Assembly: GCA_963664405.1 (NCBI GenBank)
Contig: OY761158.1
Span: 5,600,001 to 5,664,000 of the forward strand
Direction: 5' to 3'
Source: Thermoanaerobaculia bacterium
GTDB taxonomy: Bacteria > Acidobacteriota > Thermoanaerobaculia > Multivoradales > Multivoraceae
DNA length: 64,000 nt
The position numbers and the translations under genes are program-made. Below, piece after piece: positions 1 to 10,699 of the stretch; positions within the stretch are counted from its first letter, which is position 1, and the number at the start of each line of letters is the position of its first letter. The notes beneath the pieces are model-generated. The model did not search any database, was not told the DNA's origin, and saw only the letters and a program-made list of their open reading frames with translations.

Positions 1-2
1 GT

Positions 3-1046
3 CAATCGGTATGCACGATTGGCGGTAATGTCGCGTTCAACTCGGGCGGCGCACACTGTCTCAAGTACGGCATGACCAGTAATCATGTGCTCGGCATCAA
101 GGCCGTTTTGGCCGATGGCACCCTGGTCTCGCTCGGTCAGGAGAGCCAGGAAGGAGTAGGCCCGGACTTGCAGGGTCTCTTCGTGGGCTCGGAGGGGCTC
201 TTCGGAATCGCGCTCGAGATTACTCTCCGTTTGCTCCGACGCCCTGAGTCTTCATTCACGATGTTGGCTTCCTACGCGTCGCTCCAAGCTGCCGGGGAGG
301 CGGTCTCTCGGGTGATCGCATCAGGTCTGCTGCCGGCGGCGATGGAGATCATGGATGCGCTGGCGATCCGCGCTGCTGAGGCCGCGGTAAACGCCGGCTA
401 TCCCAAGGACGCCGCCGCGCTCCTGATTGTGGAACTGGAAGGCGAAGCCCTCGAAGTAGAAGAAGAGGCTCGGCTGCTTCGCCGGGTCGTTGCCGAATCG
501 GGACCGACCGAGAGTCGCGTGGCGGCCGACGCTCAGGAGCGAGAGCGCATCTGGAGGGGCAGAAAGGGAGCCTTCTCGGCGGTCGGTAGGTTGAGTCCCG
601 ACTATATTGTTCAGGATGGTGTGGTTCCGCGGAGCCGGCTTGGAGAGGCCCTGGCGGAGGTTGAGCGCCTCTCTGTCAAACACGGACTGCGGGTGGCTAA
701 CGTCTTTCACGCCGGAGACGGCAATCTGCACCCCCTGATCTTGTACGACAGCAAAGAGCCCGGTGCCCTCGGAAAGGCGGAGGAGCTCGCCGGAGAGATT
801 CTGCGCATGTGCGTCCGCCTCGGCGGCTCGATCACCGGCGAGCATGGGGTAGGAATCGAGAAGCGCGAGTATCTCGGGGAGATGTTCAGTGATGCCGACA
901 TGGACTCGATGAAGCGTCTGCGTCGAGCCTTCGATCCCGGCGAGATCGCCAACCCCGGCAAGATGTTCCCGGTTGGCGAGGCGCCAGCTCTCACTTCTTC
1001 GGGGCCCCATCCACTGGAGCGAGCCGGAGTCATCTTCCGCGAATGA
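3..1046 (+). CDS. glcD: Glycolate oxidase subunit GlcD (FAD-linked oxidase), 5'-truncated by window edge
   Basis: Frame open from nt 3: [23 protein letters not shown]; [27 protein letters not shown] motifs; followed by glcE/glcF. Confidence 0.9.
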   Translation, partial: QSVCTIGGNVAFNSGGAHCLKYGMTSNHVLGIKAVLADGTLVSLGQESQEGVGPDLQGLFVGSEGLFGIALEITLRLLRRPESSFTMLASYASLQAAGEAVSRVIASGLLPAAMEIMDALAIRAAEAAVNAGYPKDAAALLIVELEGEALEVEEEARLLRRVVAESGPTESRVAADAQERERIWRGRKGAFSAVGRLSPDYIVQDGVVPRSRLGEALAEVERLSVKHGLRVANVFHAGDGNLHPLILYDSKEPGALGKAEELAGEILRMCVRLGGSITGEHGVGIEKREYLGEMFSDADMDSMKRLRRAFDPGEIANPGKMFPVGEAPALTSSGPHPLERAGVIFRE

Positions 1047-2149
1047 CGGTCCGGGCCACCGCGATAGACGACATTCGGGAGTCCCTTCGCGCAGGCGGCC
1101 GTTATCTGCCGTTGGGGGCGGGCACCAAGACCGCGTTGTCCCGGCCGGACGCCGAGATCGAGAGTCTCGACGTCTCGGCGCTGCGAGGCGTCCTCGAGTA
1201 TCTTCCCAGCGAGTTCACTGTCACCGCGCGAGCCGGTACGCCGATTGAAGAGATCGGCGCCCTACTCGAGGAAGAAGGCCAGTATCTGCCCTTCGATCCG
1301 CTTCTGGTGGCGGCGGGTGCGACTCTTGGCGGGACAGTGGCGTCAGGGCTGGCCGGCTCGGGCAGGGCTCGCTACGGCGGAATTCGCGATTTCATTCTCG
1401 GCGTGGAGCTGGTCGACGGAGAGGGGCGTTTAGTACGAGGTGGAGGCAAAGTGGTGAAGAACGCGGCAGGTTTTGACCTGCCCAAGCTGATGGTGGGGAG
1501 TCTTGGATCCTTCGGCGTGTTGACCGAGGTCACGCTGAAAGTGTTTCCGAGGGCCCGTCACACGCTGAGTCTGCGTAAGGAGCTTGGAAGTGTCGAGGAG
1601 GGGGTCGAAGGCCTGCGCTTGCTGCTGCACTCTCCGTTCGAAGTCGACGCGCTGGATCTTTCGGCGCCCGATGCGAGCCTCTTCGTCAGGCTCTGCGGCG
1701 CAAAAGAGGGACTCGAGCCGAGAATGGGGCGCCTGCGCGAGCTCGTCGGAGGTGGGGATGTTCTCGACCCCGCGGCCGAGAGCGCCCACTGGCGCAAGAT
1801 GCGGGAGCTGGAGTGGCTGGCCCCTGATCAGACTCTAGTCAAGGTTCCGCTCACTCCGAGCAAGATCGCTCCGCTCGAAGTGGCGCTCGGAGACCAATCC
1901 CCTGCGCGCTTCTATACGGGTGCCGGCCAGCAGCTCTGGCTGGGGTTGGAACCCGGTGGAGAGCCGGAAGCACTCGACGAGATCCTGCTAACCTCGGGTC
2001 TCTCTGGGCTGGTCGTAATCGGACCCGGAGGCGCGCGACGGCTCGGGGTAGGTAGTGACCGGGAAGTGCTCCGTCGTATTCTGGAAGCCTTCGACCCTTT
2101 GGTCCGCCTGCGCGATCCTCTTTCGCGTGGACTCGCCACGGCCGGGTAA
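1043..2149 (+). CDS. glcE: Glycolate oxidase FAD-binding subunit GlcE
   Basis: [35 protein letters not shown]; ATGA overlap with glcD. Confidence 0.88.
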   Translation: MTVRATAIDDIRESLRAGGRYLPLGAGTKTALSRPDAEIESLDVSALRGVLEYLPSEFTVTARAGTPIEEIGALLEEEGQYLPFDPLLVAAGATLGGTVASGLAGSGRARYGGIRDFILGVELVDGEGRLVRGGGKVVKNAAGFDLPKLMVGSLGSFGVLTEVTLKVFPRARHTLSLRKELGSVEEGVEGLRLLLHSPFEVDALDLSAPDASLFVRLCGAKEGLEPRMGRLRELVGGGDVLDPAAESAHWRKMRELEWLAPDQTLVKVPLTPSKIAPLEVALGDQSPARFYTGAGQQLWLGLEPGGEPEALDEILLTSGLSGLVVIGPGGARRLGVGSDREVLRRILEAFDPLVRLRDPLSRGLATAG

Positions 2150-2155
2150 CGACAG

Positions 2156-3427
2156 ATGCAACACCGAATCGATTTGCAGAGATGGGGCCCCTCGGGCAGT
2201 GGCATGGTCGAGGCGGTGGAAGCCTGTGTACATTGCGGCTTCTGCCTACCTGCGTGCCCGACCTACCGAGAGCTTGGCGAAGAGATGGATTCGCCTCGAG
2301 GACGCATTCTGCTGATGAAGGAGGCGCTGGAGGGGAACGTTCCCTTCTCGGAGGTCGAGCCCTACATCGACCGTTGCCTGGGCTGTTTGGCCTGCGAGCC
2401 GGCCTGCCCCTCGGGGGTCTCGTACCATCGGCTCCTCCACCCCTTCCGAGAGCATTCCCACAAGGCCGGTGCGGGGACGGCAGTGGGCCGGTTGCGCCGC
2501 GAAGCTCTGCATCGGGTGCTTTCCTCCGCGCGGCTCTTTCGCCTCAGCCTCCATGGGGCTCGGCTGGCGGCGCGCTTGGCGCCCGTTCTGCCCTCGGCCT
2601 TTCGACATCTCTTGGAGTTTTCGCGAGAGTTGCCTTGGCCCCTACCGGCCGCCCTTCCGCTTCCGGCGCAAGTCTCAGCCGTCGGGCCTCGTCGCGGGCG
2701 CGTTGCTCTTCTCACCGGCTGTGCTCAAAGCGTGCTCGCGCCTGAGATCAGTGCTGCCGCGGCTCGCGTCCTCGCAGCCAACGGAGTCGAGGTGGTCATT
2801 CCTCCAAGCCAGGGGTGTTGCGGGTCTCTGGCTCTGCATGACGGTTTTCTCGAGCGCGCCAGGGCGCTGGCGCGGCGCACGATCGAGTCTTTCTCGCTAG
2901 ATGTCGACGCGGTTATCAGTACGACAGCGGGCTGCGGGTCGGGGATGCTCGAGTATCCGGATCTCCTCGCCGACTGTGTAGAGGCGGAAGCGGCAGAGGG
3001 TCTTGCGGCGAAGGTGCAGGACATTCATGTCTATTTGCAGGATCTCGGGTTAGTCATCCCTCCCTCGCTGACTGAAGAGCTGGTGGTGGTATACCAGGAT
3101 GCCTGTCATCTCAAGCACGCCCGCGGAATCGAGGCTCAGCCGCGCAGCCTGTTGCAGGCGGTCGGCAATCTGCACCTGGTCGAGATCGGTGATGGTGGTG
3201 CGTGTTGCGGTTCGGCGGGCACCTACAACCTGGAACAGCCCGAGATGGCGAGTCGACTGGGAGAGCAGAAAGCGCGGCGTATCGCTGCTACCGGGGCCGA
3301 GATCGTCGCATCGGGCAATATCGGCTGCCTGGTCCAGATCCGGCGCCACCTGGCGTCGATCGGAAGCTCGCTACCGGTCGTGCATACAGTCGAGCTTCTG
3401 GATCGCGCCTACAGCGGCGAGGACTAG
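2156..3427 (+). CDS. glcF: Glycolate oxidase Fe-S subunit GlcF
   Basis: CVHCGFCLPACP, CLGCLACEPACP, SPRGRI, two CCG domains (GCCG, ACCGSAGTYN). Confidence 0.9.
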   Translation: MQHRIDLQRWGPSGSGMVEAVEACVHCGFCLPACPTYRELGEEMDSPRGRILLMKEALEGNVPFSEVEPYIDRCLGCLACEPACPSGVSYHRLLHPFREHSHKAGAGTAVGRLRREALHRVLSSARLFRLSLHGARLAARLAPVLPSAFRHLLEFSRELPWPLPAALPLPAQVSAVGPRRGRVALLTGCAQSVLAPEISAAAARVLAANGVEVVIPPSQGCCGSLALHDGFLERARALARRTIESFSLDVDAVISTTAGCGSGMLEYPDLLADCVEAEAAEGLAAKVQDIHVYLQDLGLVIPPSLTEELVVVYQDACHLKHARGIEAQPRSLLQAVGNLHLVEIGDGGACCGSAGTYNLEQPEMASRLGEQKARRIAATGAEIVASGNIGCLVQIRRHLASIGSSLPVVHTVELLDRAYSGED

Positions 3428-3431
3428 TTTC

Positions 3432-5213
3432 TTGGGCCGCGGGCTTTCCAGGCCTTGGACACGCGGCGGCGCGCTCCTACTCGCGGCCGGCCTGTACGCT
3501 TGCGGCTCGCGGGAGGTCGCGCAAGACGGGGCGGCCAAGAGAACCGAGAGCCGATCGGTTGACGTGACCGACTCCATCTCGCGGATCATTTTCGAAGATA
3601 GGACCGCCGCGGTCGATCTTCACTTCGATCACCAGAATGGCATGAGTGGGGAGCGCTACCTGGTCGAGATGATGGGGGCGGGTGCGGCACTGCTGGATTT
3701 TGACAACGATGGCGATCTCGATCTCTACCTTGTACAGGGCGGCGAGCTGAAACGAGAGCGAGAGGAGGGGGTTCGGGGCGACCCCCAAGCGGGTGACCGC
3801 CTCTTCCGAAATGAGCGGGTCTCGGCGCCGAATGGAGAGAGCTCGTTCCGTTTTGTCGACGTGACCTCTGAGAGCGGTATCGAGGGGAACTTCTACGGTA
3901 TGGGCGTTGCGGCCGGGGACTACGATGGCGATGGCTGGATCGATCTCTATGTTACCAATTGGGGGCCGAATCAACTCTGGCAGAACAACGGGGACGGCAC
4001 CTTCCGCGAACAGGCTGCGGCGGCGGGAGTCGCCGATCCGCGCTGGAGCGTGCCGGCGGTCTTCCTCGACTTCGATCGTGACGGTCTTCTGGATCTCTTC
4101 GTTGGCAACTATGTGGATTTCTCCTTGTCCGAGCACCGAAGCTGCAAATCTGCACTGGGCATCGCCGACTACTGTGGACCCTTGAGCTTTCAGCCAGCGG
4201 CCAATAGTCTCTATCGAAACCTGGGTGACGGGCGATTTAGTGACGTGTCGGTGGACACCGGCTTTGCCGTTGCAATCGGGGCAACTCTCGGCGCCCTGGC
4301 GGCCGACTTCGACTCGGACGGTTGGCTCGATCTCTATGTCGCCAACGATCAGATGCCGAATCGGCTGTGGAGGAACGAGGGGCGCGGAGTCTTCTCCGAA
4401 CAGGCACTCAGCTCGGGTTGTGCGGTCAACGCCGAGGGGCGGCCGGAAGCGAGTATGGGCCTTGCAGCCGGCGACTACGACAACGATGGTGACGAGGATC
4501 TATTTGTGACCCATCTCAGCAAAGAGACTCACACTCTGTATCTCAATGACGGCACCGGCGTCTTCGAAGACGCTTCGACCCGTGCCGGGGTGGGCGCGCC
4601 GAGCTGGGAGCTCACCGGCTTTGGCGTCGGGCTTATCGATGTGGAGAACGACGGTCTTCTCGATCTGTTGACGGTGAGTGGCGCCGTCAAAGTGATACCC
4701 GAGCAGGCAGCGGCCGGGGTGGCTCTGCCGTTGCGCCAGCGCGGTCAGCTTTTTTCTGGACTCGGCTCTGGAGCGTTCGCGGAGATCGATCTAGGAGTGG
4801 AGTCTCCTCTTCGTCGTAGCGGAGTGAGTCGTGGTGCGGCCTTTGGTGATCTCGACAACGATGGGGACACCGACGTCGTTGTTACCGAGAACGGTGGCCC
4901 GGCTCGAGTCTTGGTCAACATCGTCGGCAGCCAAGGTGCGTGGTTGGGATTGCGGGTGACAGAGGGGGAGCCGGAACGAGACGCCCTCGGGGCATGGGTT
5001 GGAGTCTTCAGATCCGGTCTCCCGCCGATGTGGCGGCGAATACGGAGTGACGGCAGCTACGCTTCGGCGAGCGATCCGCGACTCCTTTTTGGTCTAGGCG
5101 CCGACCCCCGGGTCGAGCGCGTTGAGGTGCGGTGGACGGATGGTGAGGTCGAGAGCTGGACCGGGCTGGAAGCCGGGAGCTATACGAGCCTACACAAGGG
5201 GGAGGGCCGATGA
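3432..5213 (+). CDS. CRTAC1-family FG-GAP repeat / ASPIC-UnbV protein, probable lipoprotein
   Basis: Repeated DxDxDGxxD motifs, C-terminal LLFGLG...VEVRW; TTG at 3432 with GAGGA 8 nt upstream and lipobox LYAC (the ORF track start 3099 overlaps glcF). Confidence 0.8.
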   Translation: MGRGLSRPWTRGGALLLAAGLYACGSREVAQDGAAKRTESRSVDVTDSISRIIFEDRTAAVDLHFDHQNGMSGERYLVEMMGAGAALLDFDNDGDLDLYLVQGGELKREREEGVRGDPQAGDRLFRNERVSAPNGESSFRFVDVTSESGIEGNFYGMGVAAGDYDGDGWIDLYVTNWGPNQLWQNNGDGTFREQAAAAGVADPRWSVPAVFLDFDRDGLLDLFVGNYVDFSLSEHRSCKSALGIADYCGPLSFQPAANSLYRNLGDGRFSDVSVDTGFAVAIGATLGALAADFDSDGWLDLYVANDQMPNRLWRNEGRGVFSEQALSSGCAVNAEGRPEASMGLAAGDYDNDGDEDLFVTHLSKETHTLYLNDGTGVFEDASTRAGVGAPSWELTGFGVGLIDVENDGLLDLLTVSGAVKVIPEQAAAGVALPLRQRGQLFSGLGSGAFAEIDLGVESPLRRSGVSRGAAFGDLDNDGDTDVVVTENGGPARVLVNIVGSQGAWLGLRVTEGEPERDALGAWVGVFRSGLPPMWRRIRSDGSYASASDPRLLFGLGADPRVERVEVRWTDGEVESWTGLEAGSYTSLHKGEGR

Positions 5214-7186
5214 AGCGAGCGACCTTGGGGCGGGTGTTGGCCCTGCTGCTGGTCGGGTCGGGGTGTGGAAGGGACGCGACCCCCGGATCCTCGGTAGCCA
5301 TTCGAGAGTCGGCCCTCGCTGCGGTTCCGCATCCTGATCTCGATCTGCTCGGAGCCGACCTCTCTGAGCAGATCAGGGCCCTCCGCGACGCCGTCGAGGA
5401 TCAAGCCCGAGGCTCGGGCGAGGCCTGGGGACAGCTCGGCCGCGCCTACCATGCCTATGAGTTCTACGAGGCGGCGCGTGCCAGCTACTCCAATGCGTCA
5501 AGGCTCGAACCAGAAGTCTTTGCCTGGCCCTATTCACTTGCGCTCTTGGAGCGTGATCAAGGCAAGTTCCAGGCCGCGGTAGAGCATTTTAGGGAGGCCC
5601 TTGCCTTGGATCCGGACTCGGCTGTCGCCCAGCTTCATCTTGGCGAGGCTCTGATCGAGCTCAATGACCCGGCGGGAGCTGAGCCTCCGCTTGCCGCGGC
5701 TGGGCGGGAACCCGGCTTAGCAGCCGCGGCGTTGGCGGCGCAAGCGAGGGGGGCACTGAACCTGGGCGATTCGGAGCTGGCGGTCGATCTTCTCCAAAGG
5801 GCTCTACAAGAACAGCCCGACGCGAGCGCCTTGCGCCACTCGCTGGCCGCGGCGCTGCGCCAGCTCGGGGACGACGAAGGCGCCTCGAAGGAACAGAGTC
5901 GCGCGGGCGCTCGTTCCCCTTTCTATCCGGATCCGCTGGCGAATCGGATCTCCGATCTCGAGGCGACTTCCGGAGCGTTGGTTCGCCAGGGCGCCCGCGC
6001 CCTTGCTGAAGATCGACCCGAGGAGGCAGTGGAGCGCTACCGGCAGGCCGTCGCAGCCGACCCGGACGACGCCGAGGCACGTCGCCAACTGGCGCTCGCA
6101 CTCCATGCGAGTGGCGAGCTCGACCGCGCCGTCGCCGAGATTCGTGTGGCCGCCGGTGCCTCGCCAGCGAGTCTTCCCGTCCACTTCGACCTCGCCAATC
6201 TGCTGCTTGCGCAGGGTCATAGCGATCAGGCGATTGAAGCCTTCGAGCGCTGTCTCGAGCTCGATGGGGATCATCTGCCGGCGCGTTTCAACTTGGCCAA
6301 TGTGCTGCTCGGCCGAGGCCGCCTCGCTGAGGCGTTGGTGCATCTCGAAAAGGCAGTCGCGTCGGATCCCACCGATCTACGCGCAGCGTATCTTCGGGCG
6401 ATGGCAAAGGACGGTCTCGGCCGCGGTGAGGAGGCCATCGCTGAGTTGGAGGGTGTTGTGGCGGCGGATCCAAGCTTGGTTTCGGCGCAGTTGGGGCTCG
6501 CCGGTATCCTCGAGCGACAGGGTTCGACAAACAGGGCGGCGCAGCGCTATGAACTGACCCTATCGGTGGCGGAAGAGGGCGCCGATATCGCGCAGCTTCA
6601 TGCTGGGCTAGGGCGCATCGCGAAGAGTGAGAGCCGGGTCGGAGACGCAATCGATCATTACCGCACCGCGGTCGACGCGGACCCGGCGAATCGAGGCCTC
6701 AACGAGGAGCTCGCCGCGGTCCTCGAATCGGCTGGGCGCTTCGAGGAGGCGGCACCGTTCCGCCGCCGACTCGTGGAGATCGACCCTGGCGACGGCACAG
6801 CACGCTTGCGGGAGGCGATTGCCTGGGTCCAGGCGGGTCGCATCGAGCTAGGCCGAGAGAGGCTGGAGGAAGGGGTCACGGTGTTGCCGGACGACCTGCT
6901 GCTCCTGAACACGCTGGCGCGTCTGCTAGCGACGGCGGCGGACGCCGCTTTGCGTGACGGTCGTCGCTCGCTCGAGATCGCAGAACGCCTGTACTCTGAG
7001 CGCCCCTCTCTCGACTTCGCGGAGACGTTGGCCATGGCCTACGCCGAGCTCGGAAGCTTCACCGAGGCGGCTGCGGTGCAGAAGGCCCTGATTCGACAGG
7101 TGCGGGGCACCGCCCAAGAAGGTCACCTGCCTCGACTCGAAGCCAATCTCGAGCGTTATGAAAACGGCGTCGCGGTGAGGATGTAG
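5210..7186 (+). CDS. TPR-repeat protein, probable lipoprotein
   Basis: Signal peptide with LVGSGC; many TPR-like helices (AVEHFREALALDP, AVERYRQAVAADP); ATGA overlap. Confidence 0.8.
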   Translation: MKRATLGRVLALLLVGSGCGRDATPGSSVAIRESALAAVPHPDLDLLGADLSEQIRALRDAVEDQARGSGEAWGQLGRAYHAYEFYEAARASYSNASRLEPEVFAWPYSLALLERDQGKFQAAVEHFREALALDPDSAVAQLHLGEALIELNDPAGAEPPLAAAGREPGLAAAALAAQARGALNLGDSELAVDLLQRALQEQPDASALRHSLAAALRQLGDDEGASKEQSRAGARSPFYPDPLANRISDLEATSGALVRQGARALAEDRPEEAVERYRQAVAADPDDAEARRQLALALHASGELDRAVAEIRVAAGASPASLPVHFDLANLLLAQGHSDQAIEAFERCLELDGDHLPARFNLANVLLGRGRLAEALVHLEKAVASDPTDLRAAYLRAMAKDGLGRGEEAIAELEGVVAADPSLVSAQLGLAGILERQGSTNRAAQRYELTLSVAEEGADIAQLHAGLGRIAKSESRVGDAIDHYRTAVDADPANRGLNEELAAVLESAGRFEEAAPFRRRLVEIDPGDGTARLREAIAWVQAGRIELGRERLEEGVTVLPDDLLLLNTLARLLATAADAALRDGRRSLEIAERLYSERPSLDFAETLAMAYAELGSFTEAAAVQKALIRQVRGTAQEGHLPRLEANLERYENGVAVRM

Positions 7187-7211
7187 CTGTTCTAGTAGCG
7201 AGTCGCTGGGC

Positions 7212-8291
7212 TCAGAACTCGTCCTTGAGGCCCTCGATCACCATCTCTTTGTCGATCAAAAGGCGGTGCCCCTGTCCGTTGCCCTGCACCTCGGGGCGGG
7301 CGAAGGGATCGAACTCGAAGGGCTTGATGAGACGGCTGAAGACCGTCTTGAGGGCTCGAGCCCCAATCCGACTGTTCTTCGAGGCCTCGCGGGCGATGCG
7401 CCTGGCCGCTTCCTCACTCATCTGTAGCTCGATTCCGTATCGGGTGAAGAATTTCTTGGAGGCTTCGAACACGCTGTCTCGAGTCTCCGTGAAGATCCTC
7501 TGGAGGACTTCAGGAGTCAGGTCTTCGAGGATGATTGCGTTGTCGAAGCGAGACAGGAACTGTGGCTGCATGCCGTAGTCGAAGAGATCCTCTAGGCGGA
7601 AGTGATCAGAGAGGGTGAAATGCTCGCGGATCTGCACTCGCCCGTCTTCGTAAGTCGTGGTCGAGGGCAGTTTGATGCCGCTCTTGGGAGAGATGACCCG
7701 ATGGAAGACCTGGTCGTAGAGTGTCTCAAAGGCACCGGCGCAGAGGAAGAGCATGTGGGCGGAGTCGATTTCGATCGTGTTCTCCGCCCCTTCCATGTCG
7801 CGCAGCCTGTAGAGGAGCTTTTCGCCCTCGATCAAGGTCAGGAGGGCTTGTTGGATGTTGATGCCGGTGACGAAGGGTCGACCGCCGACGACGGCGCTGA
7901 CCTTGTCGACTTCGTCGATACACACCGTGGCATGCTGCATCAGGTGCTGGATGTCGTCGGCGGTGGCGCCCTCGCCGAGAATCTGTCGAGCGCGTTCCTC
8001 GAGCCGCCTGAGCAACGGCGTGGTGTCGACCAGACCGGTGTCGTCGGCGAGAATGTTGGCATTGACGATGATTACATTGCGGTACTGCTCGAATTCCGGC
8101 GTTGCCGCGTAGAGGCGCTCCATTGCCCGCATCGTTGTGGTCTTGCCGGTTCCCGAATTTCCGATCAGGAGCAGGTTGCCAAAGGGCTCCCCTTCAATAT
8201 GTTTGAAGATCGCGACAGAGACGTACTTGAGTGTGCTCTCTTGACCGATGACGTCCTGGCTCAGTCCAACAAAAATCTCGGGCGGTCTCAT
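7212..8291 (-). CDS. Atypical ClpX/HslU-like AAA+ ATPase
   Basis: VIGQE, Walker A GNSGTGKT, Walker B VCIDEVDK, IQQALLTLIEG, LFLCAGAF, IGARAL. Confidence 0.75.
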   Translation of the reverse strand: MRPPEIFVGLSQDVIGQESTLKYVSVAIFKHIEGEPFGNLLLIGNSGTGKTTTMRAMERLYAATPEFEQYRNVIIVNANILADDTGLVDTTPLLRRLEERARQILGEGATADDIQHLMQHATVCIDEVDKVSAVVGGRPFVTGINIQQALLTLIEGEKLLYRLRDMEGAENTIEIDSAHMLFLCAGAFETLYDQVFHRVISPKSGIKLPSTTTYEDGRVQIREHFTLSDHFRLEDLFDYGMQPQFLSRFDNAIILEDLTPEVLQRIFTETRDSVFEASKKFFTRYGIELQMSEEAARRIAREASKNSRIGARALKTVFSRLIKPFEFDPFARPEVQGNGQGHRLLIDKEMVIEGLKDEF

Positions 8292-8483
8292 AGGCTTTGC
8301 TCAGAATCGAAGAACGGACGGCAGCATTCTATTGGACGGCCCCCCTTTCCATGGGGCGTACCCCATTTCTGATGGGGGCTTAACCCTATTCCTTGGGGCG
8401 TCGAGTCGTCCTTGCAGCTATTACGGGTGTGGTTGGCAGGGCGTCTAGTCACCGGCGCCGCAAAGCCTCGCTCCTTCGGTAAG

Positions 8484-10034
8484 ATGTGGCTTCCGCGGAT
8501 GAATCGATCATACAACTACGCCTTGGCAGTGCTGGCGCTAACCAGCGGGTTACCAGCGATCGCACAGGTCACAGATTTCCGTCTTTCGCAGGCCGTCCAG
8601 GTCGAGTCGGCCCCGGCATCTCTGGTGGCCTATCTCGATGCTTGGGGAGAGTCCGGCGTCCCGGTCGAGGAGCTGTCGCCGGACGTCATTTCAGCGACCC
8701 TCGGCGGCCAGGCGCTGGAACTGGTGGACCTTCAGCCTCACCGTAGTGCCGGCGGGGGTGTTGCCTATATCTTTTCCGTCGACATCTCTCGCTCCTTGTC
8801 GCAGGCCCAGTTTGAAGGCATCCGACGTGCCATAGATGGTTGGTTCGGCCGGCTCAGGCCGGAAGACCGCGCGGCGCTCATCAGTTTCGGCGATCGCAGC
8901 GAGGTGGTGGTGGACTTCACCGGCGAAGTCGAAGTGCTGCGCCAAGCTTTGCTCGGCCTCGGACCTACCGATGGAAGCACCGTGCTCTACCAGGGGATCC
9001 ACGATGCCGTCGAGCTGAGCTCACGTCGCGACGAAGATCTACCCGGTCGGCGGGTTCTGGTGGTTCTGAGCGATGGCCTGGACGAGGGCAGCGGATTGAC
9101 GGCCGAGGACGTTCTCGCGACTCTCGAGGAGCGCTCCCTACCCCTGTATGCGCTCGGTTTTGGTGGTAGCGCTCGCCGCGATTCGCTCGATCTGCTCCTA
9201 CGTCTCGCCACCAACTCGGGTGGCAGCTTCATTGCCGTCGACGGATTCGACTTCGAAGGCGCCTATGATGCGACCCGGGAGATCATCGAAAGGGTGTGGG
9301 TCGCCGAGCTCCGTTGCGACACTTGCCCGACCGACGGCTCACGGCAGCGCCTGCAGGTGAATCTCAATGTCGGGGGTCGGGTGCTCTCCAAGGGCCTCGA
9401 CATGCGACTGCTGCCGCCGCTCAATGCTCCGGCCGGCGAGCCCGATGGGGGAGCTTCGCCGGTGACGCCGGTCGCCGACGTCGAGGATGTGATGGAACCG
9501 TCCCAGGCGGAGGCCGCACAAGGCGCTGCTGGCATCGATCTGAGGTTGTGGTTGGCGATTGGCGGAGGAGTGCTCCTCGCCGCCCTCGCCGCCTATGCGA
9601 TAGGTCGGCGCCGCTCCGGCGGGGATTCTGAGGACGAGGAGGTCCCGCGACGGCGGCCTGTTCGCGCCAAGATGTCGCGCCGCGAGCGAAAGCTCAATGA
9701 AGTACCGATGGACAGCAAGCCGCCGGCAACCGCCATCTCCTTGCGATTAGTCGTGGTGCGCGGATCTTCTCGCGGCCACGAGTATCGTTTCCTCTTGCGC
9801 GAAGAAGGCATTCTCGGATCGGGCAAGGGGAGCGACTTCACTGTTGCAGAAGAGCCTGGCGTCGCGGCGCAGCATGTGGCGCTCTATCAGGAGAGCGGCT
9901 CCGTCTACGCCCGCAACTTGGCAGAGCGGGAGCCGATGCTGCTCAACGGTGCTGCTCTCGATCAGCCTCAGCCAATCAAGAGCGGTGACCTTCTCGGCAA
10001 CAAGGCGTTCATCGCTCGCATCGTGTTGGGATAG
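8484..10034 (+). CDS. VWA-domain membrane protein with C-terminal FHA-like domain
   Basis: Signal peptide, MIDAS-like DISRS and LSDGLD, TM LWLAIGGGVLLAALAAYAI, FHA-like C-terminus; start 8484 or 8499. Confidence 0.7.
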   Translation: MWLPRMNRSYNYALAVLALTSGLPAIAQVTDFRLSQAVQVESAPASLVAYLDAWGESGVPVEELSPDVISATLGGQALELVDLQPHRSAGGGVAYIFSVDISRSLSQAQFEGIRRAIDGWFGRLRPEDRAALISFGDRSEVVVDFTGEVEVLRQALLGLGPTDGSTVLYQGIHDAVELSSRRDEDLPGRRVLVVLSDGLDEGSGLTAEDVLATLEERSLPLYALGFGGSARRDSLDLLLRLATNSGGSFIAVDGFDFEGAYDATREIIERVWVAELRCDTCPTDGSRQRLQVNLNVGGRVLSKGLDMRLLPPLNAPAGEPDGGASPVTPVADVEDVMEPSQAEAAQGAAGIDLRLWLAIGGGVLLAALAAYAIGRRRSGGDSEDEEVPRRRPVRAKMSRRERKLNEVPMDSKPPATAISLRLVVVRGSSRGHEYRFLLREEGILGSGKGSDFTVAEEPGVAAQHVALYQESGSVYARNLAEREPMLLNGAALDQPQPIKSGDLLGNKAFIARIVLG

Positions 10035-10066
10035 CCCCGGCTGCGGCCGGCGCCGAGGGCGGCGCT

Positions 10067-10699
10067 TCAGGAGCCCCGCCGTGAAGGCTCCGGGTCTTTG
10101 GGGACCCGAGCACGGAGTCTTTCGTAGTCCTCCGGTGTGTCGATGTCGCTGATCACTCCGTCGTCGTCGGTCTCGACCTCCAAAGGGGGGTAACGTTCGA
10201 GCAGTTGGCGCAGGCCGACGGATGGGTCGAGGCTCGGAATTTCGGCGACCCGACGTGGTGCGATGATCAGTGGGTGTCCGTGCTTCCCTTCGTAGGTCGG
10301 CACCGCGAGATCGGTCTCGCAGTCGCCAAAGGCGCGGAGCAGTCGGCGCACGGTCACCTCTTTGATTCTCGGTAGGTCGGCAGGGCTGACAAGCAGTGGG
10401 GTGGAGGCTTTCTCTAGAGCTGCCTCTCCACCCGCGGCATCGAGGCCGGCCAGGATTGTCGACAGCATGCCGTCGTCCGGAGTCGGATTGATCGCGGCCT
10501 CGATTCCGCTCTCTCTCGCCCAGTGTCGAAGCTCCTCGCCTTGCGGCGCCGTGACCAGGACTATTCGCTCAACTCCGGCGGCCCGCAGAGTGCGGACCAG
10601 GCTTCCGACGATCGTCGATCCGCCAAACTCCAGGAGGAGCTTGGGGCGGCCCATGCGACGCGAGAGCCCAGCCGCGGGGAGGATTGCCAGGGGCGTCAC
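10067..10699 (-). CDS. MocA/MobA-like nucleotidyltransferase
   Basis: [31 protein letters not shown]. Confidence 0.8.
   Translation of the reverse strand: MTPLAILPAAGLSRRMGRPKLLLEFGGSTIVGSLVRTLRAAGVERIVLVTAPQGEELRHWARESGIEAAINPTPDDGMLSTILAGLDAAGGEAALEKASTPLLVSPADLPRIKEVTVRRLLRAFGDCETDLAVPTYEGKHGHPLIIAPRRVAEIPSLDPSVGLRQLLERYPPLEVETDDDGVISDIDTPEDYERLRARVPKDPEPSRRGS

Noticed and set aside
3099-3431. N-terminal extension of the 704-aa ORF
   Set aside because: Overlaps glcF in another frame; TTG 3432 gives a proper lipoprotein signal
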